Source: Bdellovibrionota bacterium
GTDB taxonomy: Bacteria > Bdellovibrionota_C > UBA2361 > JBGSMV01
Direction of reading: 5' to 3'
Length of the DNA stretch: 64,000 nucleotides
Assembly: GCA_041739995.1 (NCBI GenBank)
Contig: JBGSMV010000033.1
Location: forward strand, 1 to 64,000
The notes below the pieces were generated by a model, which worked only from the letters and a program-made list of their open reading frames with translations, was not told the DNA's origin and searched no databases. The translations under genes and the position numbers were made by a program. Below, piece after piece: positions 40,126 through 49,928 of this stretch (its first letter is position 1; each line of letters opens with the position of its first letter).

Positions 40126-40190
40126 TCCACCTAATCCCATTTTCTCCCACCCAATCCCACCAATGTACGTGTCGACACCCACTCCGTCAA
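40126..40190 (-). promoter_or_regulatory. dcw promoter with four MraZ boxes
   Basis: Minus strand TTGACG-N17-TACATT, then GTGGG/GTGGG/ATGGG/GTGGA at an exact 10-bp period (40126-40160). Confidence 0.85.
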
Positions 40191-40479
40191 TCGAGAAGAT
40201 TTGGTAACTATCGAATTAGACTATAGAAAAAGACTCGAAACGTCGGGTGACAGGTATAGAGATGGCAGAAGTTGAGACGTGTGGACGTTTCAGACGTCCC
40301 ACCTCAGCTTCGTGTCGAATTTTCGTCCGTCCTACCTCGCCATAGCTGGGCTTACCGGAATTTCACGATGTGGAAGTAGTCGACTACGGCATGACGTACA
40401 ATTTCGTATACAAATAAAGCAGCTACGTGCGATACGAGCTACGCGACGTTCTCTTGTAAATTCACCAACGGAGATGCCA

Positions 40480-41586
40480 ATGCTTAGAAAGTTATTTGAT
40501 TTCTGTGGCGCTCTCTTGACCGCCCTAGCGCTGTTTTCTCAAAGCGTAGCGGTTAATGCAGAAGTTGAGCCTCGCGCGGTAGGCGTAATAATTCCCTTAA
40601 GTGGTCCCATGGCTGATTGGGGACATTCAATCCAACTCGGAATTGAGTTTGCTGCAAAACAATCTACCTCAAAAGTTCAGTATATCTTCGAAGACGAAGC
40701 TGCTTGTGACGCCAAGAAAGCGCTCAGTGCTGCACAAAAATTAATAGAGCTCGACAAGGTGTCGCTCCTTCTGACGGGCTGCCTTAATGGAACTCTATCC
40801 GTACTACCGGTTGCAAAGAAGGCAGATGTATTAGTGGTATCGCTTGGCCTGGTCAACGACGCACTTGCCGCTCAGAATCGCGATAGCTTAATAACTCCTT
40901 CGGCCAGTATTACGGCTGAGGCTGACGGAATTTCACAACTCTTAAAGGTGGACGGGAAGAAGAAGCTTGCCGTAGTTCGTGTTGAAGATAATTTCACAGA
41001 AGAGGTGATGCGCGGTCTTAAGGAGTATTCCTTGAGAGATGGGTGGGAACTCGTCGCGGATGAAAGATTAACATTTGATACGACTGATTTTAGACCATCA
41101 TTACTAAAGATCTCTCGGCAGCAAGGTGCGGATTCCGTGTTGATTTACTCTAGCTCAGAACAAGTTGTCACCGCTGTGCGACAATTAAAGGAGTTGAATA
41201 TTACCTCAGTAGCGCCCTATGCCGGCTACGTGATCGAAGCCGATCCTCCACCAGCAAACAATATGGAGCTACTAAACGGGGTTCGTTACGCGGCTGCGGT
41301 AACTCCATTTGACGATGAGTTAAGTAGGTATCTCGCTTCCCAAAAGTCTAAAGAAACCTTCCAAACTAGAGTTGCAGCGGACGTTGTTCCGGACATCGCC
41401 ACAGCCATAGAAGCGTGCCCAAACCCATCGAATCGAACCAACTGCTTCCGAAATTCCTTAACCGCGAGAACCAAAGAATCGTTAGCTTTCTCTGGGAGCT
41501 TCTTTTACAACGAAGATGGAATGGCACAAAGGGTAGTGCGCGGGAAGGTGGTACGAGATGGAGCGTTTCATTGGGCAGGTGAGTGA
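40480..41586 (+). CDS. LivJ/LivK-like periplasmic substrate-binding protein (orphan)
   Basis: Signal peptide, VGVIIPLSG, ED..CD...A..AA.KLI and TDFR..L.K; no permease genes nearby. Confidence 0.82.
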   Translation: MLRKLFDFCGALLTALALFSQSVAVNAEVEPRAVGVIIPLSGPMADWGHSIQLGIEFAAKQSTSKVQYIFEDEAACDAKKALSAAQKLIELDKVSLLLTGCLNGTLSVLPVAKKADVLVVSLGLVNDALAAQNRDSLITPSASITAEADGISQLLKVDGKKKLAVVRVEDNFTEEVMRGLKEYSLRDGWELVADERLTFDTTDFRPSLLKISRQQGADSVLIYSSSEQVVTAVRQLKELNITSVAPYAGYVIEADPPPANNMELLNGVRYAAAVTPFDDELSRYLASQKSKETFQTRVAADVVPDIATAIEACPNPSNRTNCFRNSLTARTKESLAFSGSFFYNEDGMAQRVVRGKVVRDGAFHWAGE

Positions 41587-41655
41587 GCCGTCCTCTTGAC
41601 GCTCCGTACTGCTCTCATGTCGACTCACCGCAATCGACAGCCCGATCCATTTCCC

Positions 41656-41699
41656 AAAAAAAAGCCCCGAAGTAACTGAATGAAGCTACTTGGGGGCTT
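41656..41699 (-). terminator. Rho-independent terminator of the ECF-vWA operon
   Basis: 13/15 stem (AAGCCCCGAAGTAAC / GCTACTTGGGGGCTT) ending in a T8 run on the minus strand, between convergent genes. Confidence 0.65.
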
Positions 41700-41744
41700 A
41701 TTTGAGACACTCCGTCGGAGGACACCTCCCGCTTCGGTGCTGGG

Positions 41745-44108
41745 TCACCCGTCCTGGCCGCCCTTTACTGCCTCTACATTACGCACCAACTCCACGAACT
41801 CTCGTCGATGCCCGGCCTTGTCCTCTCCCACCGCAGCGCTACTGATTGAAGCAATCTCTTTGAACGAGAGCTCTGGCGCGTACTGACTCTGTCTTAGCTT
41901 GTGGGCGAAAGCAGACACGGCAGCTACAAATCTAAAATCAGAAGTTGCCGCATCAAAACTCTGCTTTACCTTCTCTCGTAAGAGCGGAAAGGTCAGTAAT
42001 TTCGACTTATCACCTTCAGGCTCCTTGAAGCGGATTTTTAAGAACGCAAGCTCTTCGCCAAAGCTTGCCTCGACCGCCTTCGCTGTCGGCTTGACTTGAG
42101 TATAGCGGTGCTCGGTTTCAAGGTTATTCGCCGCATCCGTACCGACAAGAACAATCTCATAGAGCGCAGTAACCGTATGCCCTACCCCGATTTCGCCGGC
42201 GTCAATGCGATCGTTGGCGAAATCCTCGTTCTTAAGCTTTCGATTCTCATACCCAAGCAAGCGATACTGAGCGACGTGCTTTGGATTAAATTCAATCTGA
42301 AGCTTCACGTCTTTTGCCACGACTTGAATCGTTCCGTGTAAGCTCTCCTCAAACACCTTACGAGCTTCCTTGAACGTATCAATGTAGAAGTAATTTCCAT
42401 TCCCTTTATTGGCCAGCTGCTCCATCATGGCCTCATTATAGTTTCCCGACCCAAATCCCAAGGTGGTCAAAGTAATACCGCCCTTGCGTTTCTCCTCAAT
42501 CAGCCGAATCAGCTCATCTTGGTTCGTCATGCCAACATTAAAGTCGCCATCAGTGGCAAGAATAACTCGGTTGGAACCGCCCTTAATGAAAGCGTCTTTC
42601 GCGGTTTGGTATGCCTGCATGATACCTGCTGAGCCGTGAGTACTCCCTCCCGAAGACAGTTGAGCAATCGCTGAGAGAATCTTGGAGCGCTCTCCCACTT
42701 CGGTCGGAGGCAAGAGCAGCCCCGAAGACCCGGCGTAGGTCACAATGCTGACCTTGTCGCCTGGACGCATCTTATTGGTCAAAAGCTCTAACGACTTTTG
42801 CACCAGCGGCAGCTTATCTGGGCTGTTCATCGAGCCAGACACATCCACCAAAAAGACCAGGTTCCAAGGTACTTGTTCATCCGCACTGGACGCGTCTTGA
42901 GCCTTGATGCCAATTTTCAACAGGAACTTTCCGTCCTTGTCTGGCGAAGGTGCTGCTTCAAAGTTGGCACTAAAAGGGTCAGAGCCTTGATGCGGATAGC
43001 TATAGTCAAAGTAATTGATAAACTCTTCAACTCGAACGGCATCGGAAGGTGGAAGCTGCCCTTGCTGCAAGAAGCGTCTCACATTGGTATAGCTTCCCGT
43101 ATCAACATCAATGCTAAAGGTCGACACTGGCTGATCGCTGGTCAGCGTAGGCACATTCTCTGATACACTCCCGTACCGCTCTGTATTTGCCTTTTGCTGC
43201 CAAGAGAAATCTGGCGGGTACGGCATGCTGTGGCGCCCGATGGTGGAGGAATCGACCAGTCCCGCTGGAGCCTTCATCACCAAGTCGTCCACGGCACCCA
43301 TCTCCGTCGCAGCCTGATTCAATTCTTTCTTGGGCGCCAAGACGCGGGAGCTCTCCGGTGCCGCAGCTCCAGCTGCTGTCGCCCCGCGCTCGTCTCGGTC
43401 TCGCGGCGCTGAGGGCACCAGAGCTTGCACAGCATTCGACGACTCACTCAACTTAGCTATTTGTTTCTTGAATATCTCGGTTGTTCTTTGTTCAGATTCC
43501 ACTGGAACGTTTGGTGCGATGTCGCCACCAAACGCTGTGACCAAATCTTGGTATAGGGGGATTCCGCTCTCAGAGGTTTTTTTCGTGAGTTCACCAGAAC
43601 TATTGTTGCTGCCCTGTTCTGCCTCGTTTATTGAATTCAGGGGCTCAAGTAGCTCAGGACCATCTTTCTCCTTTGAACCGATGGCCCTTTCTTTCTTCTC
43701 AAGCAGGGCCGGCTCAGCCGCCTGCTGCAGAGGCATGAGGCGATTGGCCTGATAGGCCCTAAACTCAGGGCTATAGAACACGGTAAGACCGAGTGAAATC
43801 ACTGCGAGACTGGCAAGTCCTGCAACCAATGGACGTGAGGGGTTTCTAATTTCCATGAACAGTTTCCTTAAAAAACCTGGCCGATATTTAACTTCGGCCA
43901 TGACTTTAGAAACGAACCGTTCATCTAGTACAAAGTGCTCACGAGCAGCTTCTTTTTCCATCAGAACGATCCGACGATAGCTCTGAAGGTCAGCTTGAAG
44001 CTCCTCACTCGAAGAGAGAGCCGCTTCAAACCGCGCCTTCTCTTCTTCAGACAAAGTTCCCTCAATATAGTTCAAAAAATCTTTCTCAAATCTTTTTAGC
44101 GAGCTCAT
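41745..44108 (-). CDS. Anti-sigma-like N-terminus + TM + YfbK-type vWA (vWF_A/DUF3520) protein
   Basis: YIEGTLSEEEKARFE helix, TM segment, STFSIDVDTGSY, MIDAS DVSGS, ATDGDFNVG and YRLLGYENR; ATGA overlap with the sigma gene. Confidence 0.88.
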   Translation of the reverse strand: MSSLKRFEKDFLNYIEGTLSEEEKARFEAALSSSEELQADLQSYRRIVLMEKEAAREHFVLDERFVSKVMAEVKYRPGFLRKLFMEIRNPSRPLVAGLASLAVISLGLTVFYSPEFRAYQANRLMPLQQAAEPALLEKKERAIGSKEKDGPELLEPLNSINEAEQGSNNSSGELTKKTSESGIPLYQDLVTAFGGDIAPNVPVESEQRTTEIFKKQIAKLSESSNAVQALVPSAPRDRDERGATAAGAAAPESSRVLAPKKELNQAATEMGAVDDLVMKAPAGLVDSSTIGRHSMPYPPDFSWQQKANTERYGSVSENVPTLTSDQPVSTFSIDVDTGSYTNVRRFLQQGQLPPSDAVRVEEFINYFDYSYPHQGSDPFSANFEAAPSPDKDGKFLLKIGIKAQDASSADEQVPWNLVFLVDVSGSMNSPDKLPLVQKSLELLTNKMRPGDKVSIVTYAGSSGLLLPPTEVGERSKILSAIAQLSSGGSTHGSAGIMQAYQTAKDAFIKGGSNRVILATDGDFNVGMTNQDELIRLIEEKRKGGITLTTLGFGSGNYNEAMMEQLANKGNGNYFYIDTFKEARKVFEESLHGTIQVVAKDVKLQIEFNPKHVAQYRLLGYENRKLKNEDFANDRIDAGEIGVGHTVTALYEIVLVGTDAANNLETEHRYTQVKPTAKAVEASFGEELAFLKIRFKEPEGDKSKLLTFPLLREKVKQSFDAATSDFRFVAAVSAFAHKLRQSQYAPELSFKEIASISSAAVGEDKAGHRREFVELVRNVEAVKGGQDG

Positions 44109-44665
44109 AGTTCTCCTCCTCGCTTCACGCACTCTTTTAACATTAACCGTGCTCGATTAAGCCTTGAACGAACCGTGCCAACAGGTATCGCCAGTGAGAG
44201 CGCTACTTCTTCGTAGCTCTGCTCTTCAAAACCACACAAAGACACCACTTCGCGCAAATCGCTCTTAAGCTTCCTGAAACATCCACGAAACAGTGCCACC
44301 AATTCTTTCGCAATGACTGGGTCGTGGTCGGACTGCCCTACTTCCTTTATGTGCTCGTCCTCTAGAGGAACATTGGCTTGCTCCATAACCGCGCGACGTG
44401 AAGAAAAGTAGGAGCGCGTTGTATTTAGCGCGATGCGGGTAAGCCAGGTGCGAAACGATGAGTCTCCACGGAACTTTGAAAGCGCTCGGTACGCTCTCAC
44501 GAAAGTATCCTGCGCCAGCTCTTCTGCAACCTCACGATTGTTTAACTGCCGCCCAATTACGGCGAAGACATAATTCTTATGCCGCGAGACAAGCTCACGA
44601 AATGCGTCGTCAGAGCCTTGCTGCGCTTGGCTCACCAAACTTTCGTCCGAGGAGTCTTGCTCCAT
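44105..44665 (-). CDS. ECF RNA polymerase sigma factor
   Basis: AEELAQDTF, SSFRTWLTRI and YEEVA...GTVRSRLNRAR. Confidence 0.92.
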   Translation of the reverse strand: MEQDSSDESLVSQAQQGSDDAFRELVSRHKNYVFAVIGRQLNNREVAEELAQDTFVRAYRALSKFRGDSSFRTWLTRIALNTTRSYFSSRRAVMEQANVPLEDEHIKEVGQSDHDPVIAKELVALFRGCFRKLKSDLREVVSLCGFEEQSYEEVALSLAIPVGTVRSRLNRARLMLKECVKRGGEL

Positions 44666-44700
44666 AATCTCCTAAGATCTCCGTAGCGCTCTATAGGCTA

Positions 44701-44727
44701 TAGACCAGAACTCCAGTGAATAGTTCC
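44701..44727 (-). promoter_or_regulatory. Autoregulatory ECF promoter
   Basis: GGAACT-N16-GTCTA, 35 bp upstream of the sigma start. Confidence 0.75.
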
Positions 44728-45157
44728 CGAAAATAACACTTAGAATTTCAGAGGGTTACCGCACCTTTGAAAACTAAATCTTAGTAGTCTTAGCGGTGCA
44801 AACAAACTCTAGAAATTGTCCTAGTTTTGGTTAAACCACGAAGACCAGAGTGGGCGCAGACGGAGAATCAACATTCCCGAAAGTCTATAACGACTCTCCC
44901 CAGAGAATCCTCCATGTACAAGTGCGCCTTCGCACCACAGCTCCATTTCAAACGCTCCGCTCCCTCTTCCGTCTCCGCGATCAAAAACCCTAACCAAAAA
45001 ACACGCTCATCCACTAAGGTATCGCAATTTCATCGAGTGAGTTCTTCGACCCTTTACACCTTCTAGTTAATTTTTATTCTCGCGGAGTCCCCAGAGCAGG
45101 CGGAGTCGAAAAATATTGGCTTTTCGAAGGCTCGTTAGCACACGAGATGATACCAAA

Positions 45158-47107
45158 CTATTCGACCGTAACGCTTTTGGCGAGATTCCGCGGAAGGTCC
45201 ACATCGGTGCCGTTTAGCACTGCCACGTGGTAGGCCAGCAACTGCAGCGGAATGTTTAAGAGGATCGGGCTTAGGTACTCATGCAGAAATGGAACCTCTA
45301 TCACGCTGTCGCGGTACTGCTCTAGCCCTAACTGCGCCAATGAGGTTTGGGATCCGGCTCCAAGCGCATCCGTGACCACGATTATTCTCCCGCCACGCGC
45401 TTCGACTTCTTTTAAGTTTGAAATCGCTTTTTCTATGAGCTTGCGCGAGCGCTGCAACACCACCACCACCGGCATTTGCTCATCAATAAGGGCTATGGGC
45501 CCATGCTTCATTTCACCAGCTGGGTAACCTTCGGCATGGATATAAGAAATCTCTTTGAGTTTCAGGGCACCTTCCAGAGCAATCGGGTAGCAGGTTCCGC
45601 GTCCGAGATACAAAAAGTCTCTCGCGGAGTGAAACTCTTTGGCAACGCCTTCGACTTTATCTTCGCATCCAAGCGCCTCGCCCATGGCACCAGGAAGTTT
45701 TTGGAGTGCTGCAACCAGATCCTCACACTGCGTAGCGGTGATCTGCTTACGCATCTGACCAATATGCATCGCCAACAAAAGTGCCGAAACAAGCTGAGTA
45801 GTGAACGCCTTGGTAGAAGCAACGCTGATCTCAGGACCTGCATACGTAAAGAGCACTCCTTTTGAGCGTCTGACCAAAGACGACCCGAGCACGTTGCAAA
45901 TCGCCAATGTCGACACACCACCTGCAACGCTCTTGTCACGCAGCACCAAATCGATAGCGGCTAAGGTATCAGCCGTTTCACCGGACTGAGAGATAGCTAT
46001 CACCAAAGTACGATCATTGAGTATCGGCGAGCGGTAGCGAAATTCTGATGAGTAGTCTACTTCACACGGAATTCTGGCAATCTGCTCAATATAGAACTTA
46101 GCAACTAAGCAGGCGTGCCATGCCGTGCCGCAGCCAAGCAGCACCACACGATCAATTTTGGAAATTTGTTCTGGAGAAATACCAAGATCTGGCAACACCG
46201 CACTGGGGGGCTCCAGATGCAAGCGCCCTCGCAGAGTATCTGTGAGAACTCGCGGCTGCTCATGCACTTCTTTCAGCATGAAGTGCTTGAATCCACCTTT
46301 TTGAGCCGTGACAGGATCCCACGTCACGGTCTCCACTGGCCGCGAGACCTCTACTCCATCGTTCTCAATCCTTATCTTACCGATTTGAATCTCTGCGATG
46401 TCACCGTCTTCGAGCACCATTATCTTACGAGTGCTCTCCAGTATGGCCGGAATATCACTGGCGAGCAGAACTTCACCCTCGCCTAAACCAATGATGATAG
46501 GCGTCGCATTCTTTGCGACCAATAACCTATCGGGATGCTCTGCGTCGATGGCAACAAAGGCATAAGAGCCGCGGATGTCTCGACAGGTGGCTTTGAGCGC
46601 TTCAAAGGGGCTGAGTTTTTCTATGACAAGATAGCGATTGAGAAGATGCGCGGCTATCTCAGTATCAGTTTCGGACTGGAACTGCGATCCCTCCTTCTCG
46701 AGGGCGTGTCTCAGTTCGAGATAGTTCTCGACAATGCCGTTATGAATAAGGCTGACTCGTCCGGCGGTATGAGGGTGCGCGTTAATTTCTGATGGGCGTC
46801 CGTGAGTTGCCCAGCGCGTGTGGCCGATGCCAGCTTGAATGAGCGCAGCAGAGCCAGAAAACTTACCCTCGGTACTGGTGACTTTAAAGTGATAATCGTC
46901 ACGATTTTGGAGCGCGCTCTGGAGCGCCGAGAGTTTTCCGAGAGCACGGGCTACAAACAATTCCCCTTTGGCGCCAGAGGATCCACCACCGCTACGAACC
47001 ACCGCGATACCGGCGGAGTCATAGCCACGGTATTCAAGCTTCCCCAGCCCTGAGAGAATTACTGGAAGGGCCTCGCGCGGACCGACGTATCCAACTATTC
47101 CGCACAT
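45158..47107 (-). CDS. glmS: Glutamine--fructose-6-phosphate transaminase
   Basis: MCGIVG, GHTRWATHG, SQSGET and PRNLAKSVTVE. Confidence 0.97.
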   Translation of the reverse strand: MCGIVGYVGPREALPVILSGLGKLEYRGYDSAGIAVVRSGGGSSGAKGELFVARALGKLSALQSALQNRDDYHFKVTSTEGKFSGSAALIQAGIGHTRWATHGRPSEINAHPHTAGRVSLIHNGIVENYLELRHALEKEGSQFQSETDTEIAAHLLNRYLVIEKLSPFEALKATCRDIRGSYAFVAIDAEHPDRLLVAKNATPIIIGLGEGEVLLASDIPAILESTRKIMVLEDGDIAEIQIGKIRIENDGVEVSRPVETVTWDPVTAQKGGFKHFMLKEVHEQPRVLTDTLRGRLHLEPPSAVLPDLGISPEQISKIDRVVLLGCGTAWHACLVAKFYIEQIARIPCEVDYSSEFRYRSPILNDRTLVIAISQSGETADTLAAIDLVLRDKSVAGGVSTLAICNVLGSSLVRRSKGVLFTYAGPEISVASTKAFTTQLVSALLLAMHIGQMRKQITATQCEDLVAALQKLPGAMGEALGCEDKVEGVAKEFHSARDFLYLGRGTCYPIALEGALKLKEISYIHAEGYPAGEMKHGPIALIDEQMPVVVVLQRSRKLIEKAISNLKEVEARGGRIIVVTDALGAGSQTSLAQLGLEQYRDSVIEVPFLHEYLSPILLNIPLQLLAYHVAVLNGTDVDLPRNLAKSVTVE

Positions 47108-47173
47108 GCTCTAATCCTGAGGTGAGGCTGGTTCGGGAGTCGATCCCCAAGCCAGTTAGGTGAAAATGAAAAA

Positions 47174-47247
47174 CGCGCTCTGAGGGATTCGAACCCCCGA
47201 CCCTTTGGTTCGAAGCCAAATGCTCTATCCAACTGAGCTAAGAGCGC
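47174..47247 (-). tRNA. tRNA-Arg(TCG)
   Basis: GCGCTCT/AGAGCGC acceptor stem, TTTGG-CTTCGAA-CCAAA anticodon arm and GGTTCGAATCC; no encoded CCA. Confidence 0.95.
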
Positions 47248-47394
47248 AAACAAACAAAAGTACCTAGCGAGAGAATACCCCGCCTATTAGGGCACGGTAT
47301 CCGGCTCAGCAGGGAGTGTAAAACGGCTCGACGCGAAGGTCCAGCGTACGACTGAAGTCCAAAGCAATATCACTTTAAACTCCGGAAGCCCCTT

Positions 47395-47919
47395 CTATCC
47401 GCGTGGTACCCGCTGGTGGCGCTCAAAACTAAAGCCAGGATGCGGCTCTGCCTCGATACACTTAAAGTCTTTCTCAAAATCTGGAAAATAGGCATCTCCC
47501 TGGTGTCGGCCCTTGACTCTCGTCACGTAGAGCTCTTGGACCTGCGCCATCGTCTCTTGGTAGACCTGAGAGCCTCCAATAATCCAAAGAGTATCAGAAG
47601 GCAGCTCAAGCGCTCCGTCGCGGCAAACCTCAATAGCCTCATATATAGAAGCGAATACTTGAACCGATGGATGGTTCACCAAATCATCTGACGCCGAAAG
47701 CGTCCGAGAGACCACAAGATTAAGGCGCTCTGGTAAGGGTCTATACTTAGGCGGCAAGGACTCGTAGGTCTTTCGGCCCATTAAGACTGCGTGCCCCTTG
47801 GTCAGTTGCGAAAAGCGTTTGAGATCTTCGGGGAGTCTCCACGGAATACCGTTTTCAATGCCGATTACTCGCCCCTCATCCATGGCGACAATCGCTTTTA
47901 TGTGAAGATTTCGTTTCAA
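47395..47919 (-). CDS. folA: Dihydrofolate reductase
   Basis: IVA...VIG...IPW.LPEDL, MGRKTYES, RPLPER, IIGG and GDAYFP. Confidence 0.93.
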   Translation of the reverse strand: MKRNLHIKAIVAMDEGRVIGIENGIPWRLPEDLKRFSQLTKGHAVLMGRKTYESLPPKYRPLPERLNLVVSRTLSASDDLVNHPSVQVFASIYEAIEVCRDGALELPSDTLWIIGGSQVYQETMAQVQELYVTRVKGRHQGDAYFPDFEKDFKCIEAEPHPGFSFERHQRVPRG

Positions 47920-47943
47920 GAGCTACGCTCCAGGGCGAGACAA

Positions 47944-48753
47944 TTAAACCGCAATATCAAACTTAATCCCGGGGTGTGGCTCATAGTCGTCGAGCGTAAA
48001 ATCTTCAAAGCGGAATTCAAAGATATCTCTCACTTCCGGATTAATTTGCATACGAGGCAACGGTCGCGGTTCTCGGTCAAGTTGCAGCCGTGCTCCTTCT
48101 ACGTGGTTCGAATAAATGTGCACATCACCAAAAGTATGGATGAACTCATGCGCTTTGAGTCCTGTTACTTGTGCCAGCATCAGAAGAAAAAGCGCGTAAC
48201 TTGCAATATTAAATGGCACGCCCAGCATTAGGTCAGCCGAACGCTGATAGAGTTGCAAGCTCAGCTTGTCTCCATGTACGTAGCATTGGAAAAAGGTGTG
48301 GCACGCTGGCGGTGCAGTAACCGGAATCTCTCCTGGATTAAAGGCAATAACCACGTGTCGACGACTAGTCGGGTTCTTTCGCAATCCATCAACAAGTCGA
48401 GAAATCTGATCGACTGGTTTACCGTCAGGACCCTGCCAGCGCCGCCACTGCTTACCGTAGATGGGACCAAGCTCGCCGGACGAGTCCGCCCACTCATCCC
48501 AGATGGAGACCTTGTTCTCATTCAAATACTGAATGTTGGTTTCGCCTTTGAGAAACCAAAGAAGTTCGTGAATTATTGATCGCAGATGAGTTTTCTTTGT
48601 CGTAACGAGCGGAAAACCGTCCGACAGGGCGAATCGAAGCTGGCGACCGAAGACTGAATATGTGCCGACACCGGTGCGGTCTGTACGGAACGTCCCTTCT
48701 TCCGGCTTGCCGTTTTCCAATACGTCACGAACAAGATCTAGATATTGTTTCAC
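47944..48753 (-). CDS. thyA: Thymidylate synthase
   Basis: DRTGVGT, ELLWF, GPIYG.QWR, catalytic CH and QRSAD...GVPFN. Confidence 0.95.
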   Translation of the reverse strand: MKQYLDLVRDVLENGKPEEGTFRTDRTGVGTYSVFGRQLRFALSDGFPLVTTKKTHLRSIIHELLWFLKGETNIQYLNENKVSIWDEWADSSGELGPIYGKQWRRWQGPDGKPVDQISRLVDGLRKNPTSRRHVVIAFNPGEIPVTAPPACHTFFQCYVHGDKLSLQLYQRSADLMLGVPFNIASYALFLLMLAQVTGLKAHEFIHTFGDVHIYSNHVEGARLQLDREPRPLPRMQINPEVRDIFEFRFEDFTLDDYEPHPGIKFDIAV

Positions 48754-48916
48754 CGCATTACCTCGAGATTCGTTTAATGCTGCCGCTCGCCTTTCGATGC
48801 CTTCAGAACCGGAACTTAGCGCGCGCCGCGCGCGAACAGCGAGATTTATACTGCGAACTGAATCCAGGTTAAAGCCCGTCCTCAGCGACTAGCAAACCAA
48901 ACTTTTCTGGTGATCC

Positions 48917-48950
48917 CTCCGTGGCCACCGTGGCCCCCGTGTTAAAAATC
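48917..48950. repeat. Three 9-bp-period CCGTG units followed by TTAAAAATC
   Basis: ctccgtggc caccgtggc ccccgtgtt aaaaatc, downstream of the SpeG-like gene. Confidence 0.4.
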
Positions 48951-49072
48951 CTCTTCGCCTACCCGCACAAGGCAGTATCGTTGAGCCGACATTTCCGGAT
49001 AAAAGGACCGAGGATAGTAACGCAGAGGTCGCGGAGAAGGATCCTGCAGGCCCCGTCGCCAGGGCCGCACAA

Positions 49073-49726
49073 CTAGCTATTCGCCGCCCAGGTGGTCTCC
49101 CGCTCTTCAGCATCGGCGTCAGCATCCGAAGACGCCGCCCCACTAGGGACCAAGGACGGCAACATGTCCCGGTCAAAGCCCACATCGCCGCGCAGACGGT
49201 CGCGCTCTCGGCGCCACTGGGAGTCAAACATACACATTCTGTAAACATCGACGTACTGCCCATTTACGAAGTACTCGCGCTTGAGGCGACACTCGCGTTG
49301 GAACCCGGCGTACTCGTAGATTCTTCGCCCAGCCTCGTTATTGGGGAGCAGTAGCAGGTAGATCTTCTTCAAATTTAAGATATCGAAGGCGTATTTAATG
49401 CCAAGAATGAATCCTGCGCGCCCGTAGCCTCTGCCTTGAAAGCTATCGTCCACGATAATGTCGATTTCGCACTTTCGATTGATCTCGTCGATCTCGATAA
49501 GGCTTAGTACCCCCACAGAGGCGTGAGAACGAGTTTCTTCGAGAATGAAGCGACGCTCGGTTTGGTTATGAACGTGCTTCTCGTACAAGTCCTCGAGTTC
49601 CCGCAGGGTCTCAAAGGGCTCTTCAAAGAAGTAGCTCATCGTTTTCGAATTGTTGTGAAGCTTATGCAGGAATGGCAGGTCGTGCTTCTCAAGCGCACGC
49701 AGCTGCAGTTCGGAACCGCGAATCAT
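49073..49726 (-). CDS. speG: Spermidine N1-acetyltransferase (GNAT)
   Basis: LRALE..DL.F.H.L.NN...M.Y.FEEP.E...EL..LY.KH.H...ERRF and FQGRGY...YAF..LNL.K.YL, with an extra C-terminal tail. Confidence 0.8.
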   Translation of the reverse strand: MIRGSELQLRALEKHDLPFLHKLHNNSKTMSYFFEEPFETLRELEDLYEKHVHNQTERRFILEETRSHASVGVLSLIEIDEINRKCEIDIIVDDSFQGRGYGRAGFILGIKYAFDILNLKKIYLLLLPNNEAGRRIYEYAGFQRECRLKREYFVNGQYVDVYRMCMFDSQWRRERDRLRGDVGFDRDMLPSLVPSGAASSDADADAEERETTWAANS

Positions 49727-49928
49727 GGGAGTCTCCTTGAATGAGGAGGAGTCTAACCTATTCGGGGCCTCATCGCTAAGATATCGATATTACTAAGTAT
49801 TAATAGTCAAATGGCGAATTTAAGACAAAAAAACTGGCTTGGCACCTGCCAGGGGCAAAATGCTCTAGCCCTGCCGCTGCTTCTCTCCCGCCAGCTAATC
49901 AGCGGCGGCAGGCAGCCAAGCCTGAGCG

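Noticed and set aside
44744..44818. Long imperfect hairpin in the gap between glmS and the ECF gene as an ncRNA
   Set aside because: Pairing is weak and gapped and I cannot match it to a known family; it would need an Rfam or covariation test.
47108..47173. glmS ribozyme upstream of glmS
   Set aside because: Only 66 bp separate tRNA-Arg and glmS, which is too short, and no ribozyme core is recognisable.
48889..49263. 124-aa minus-strand ORF overlapping the speG end
   Set aside because: It overlaps out of frame and has no RBS or recognisable motif.
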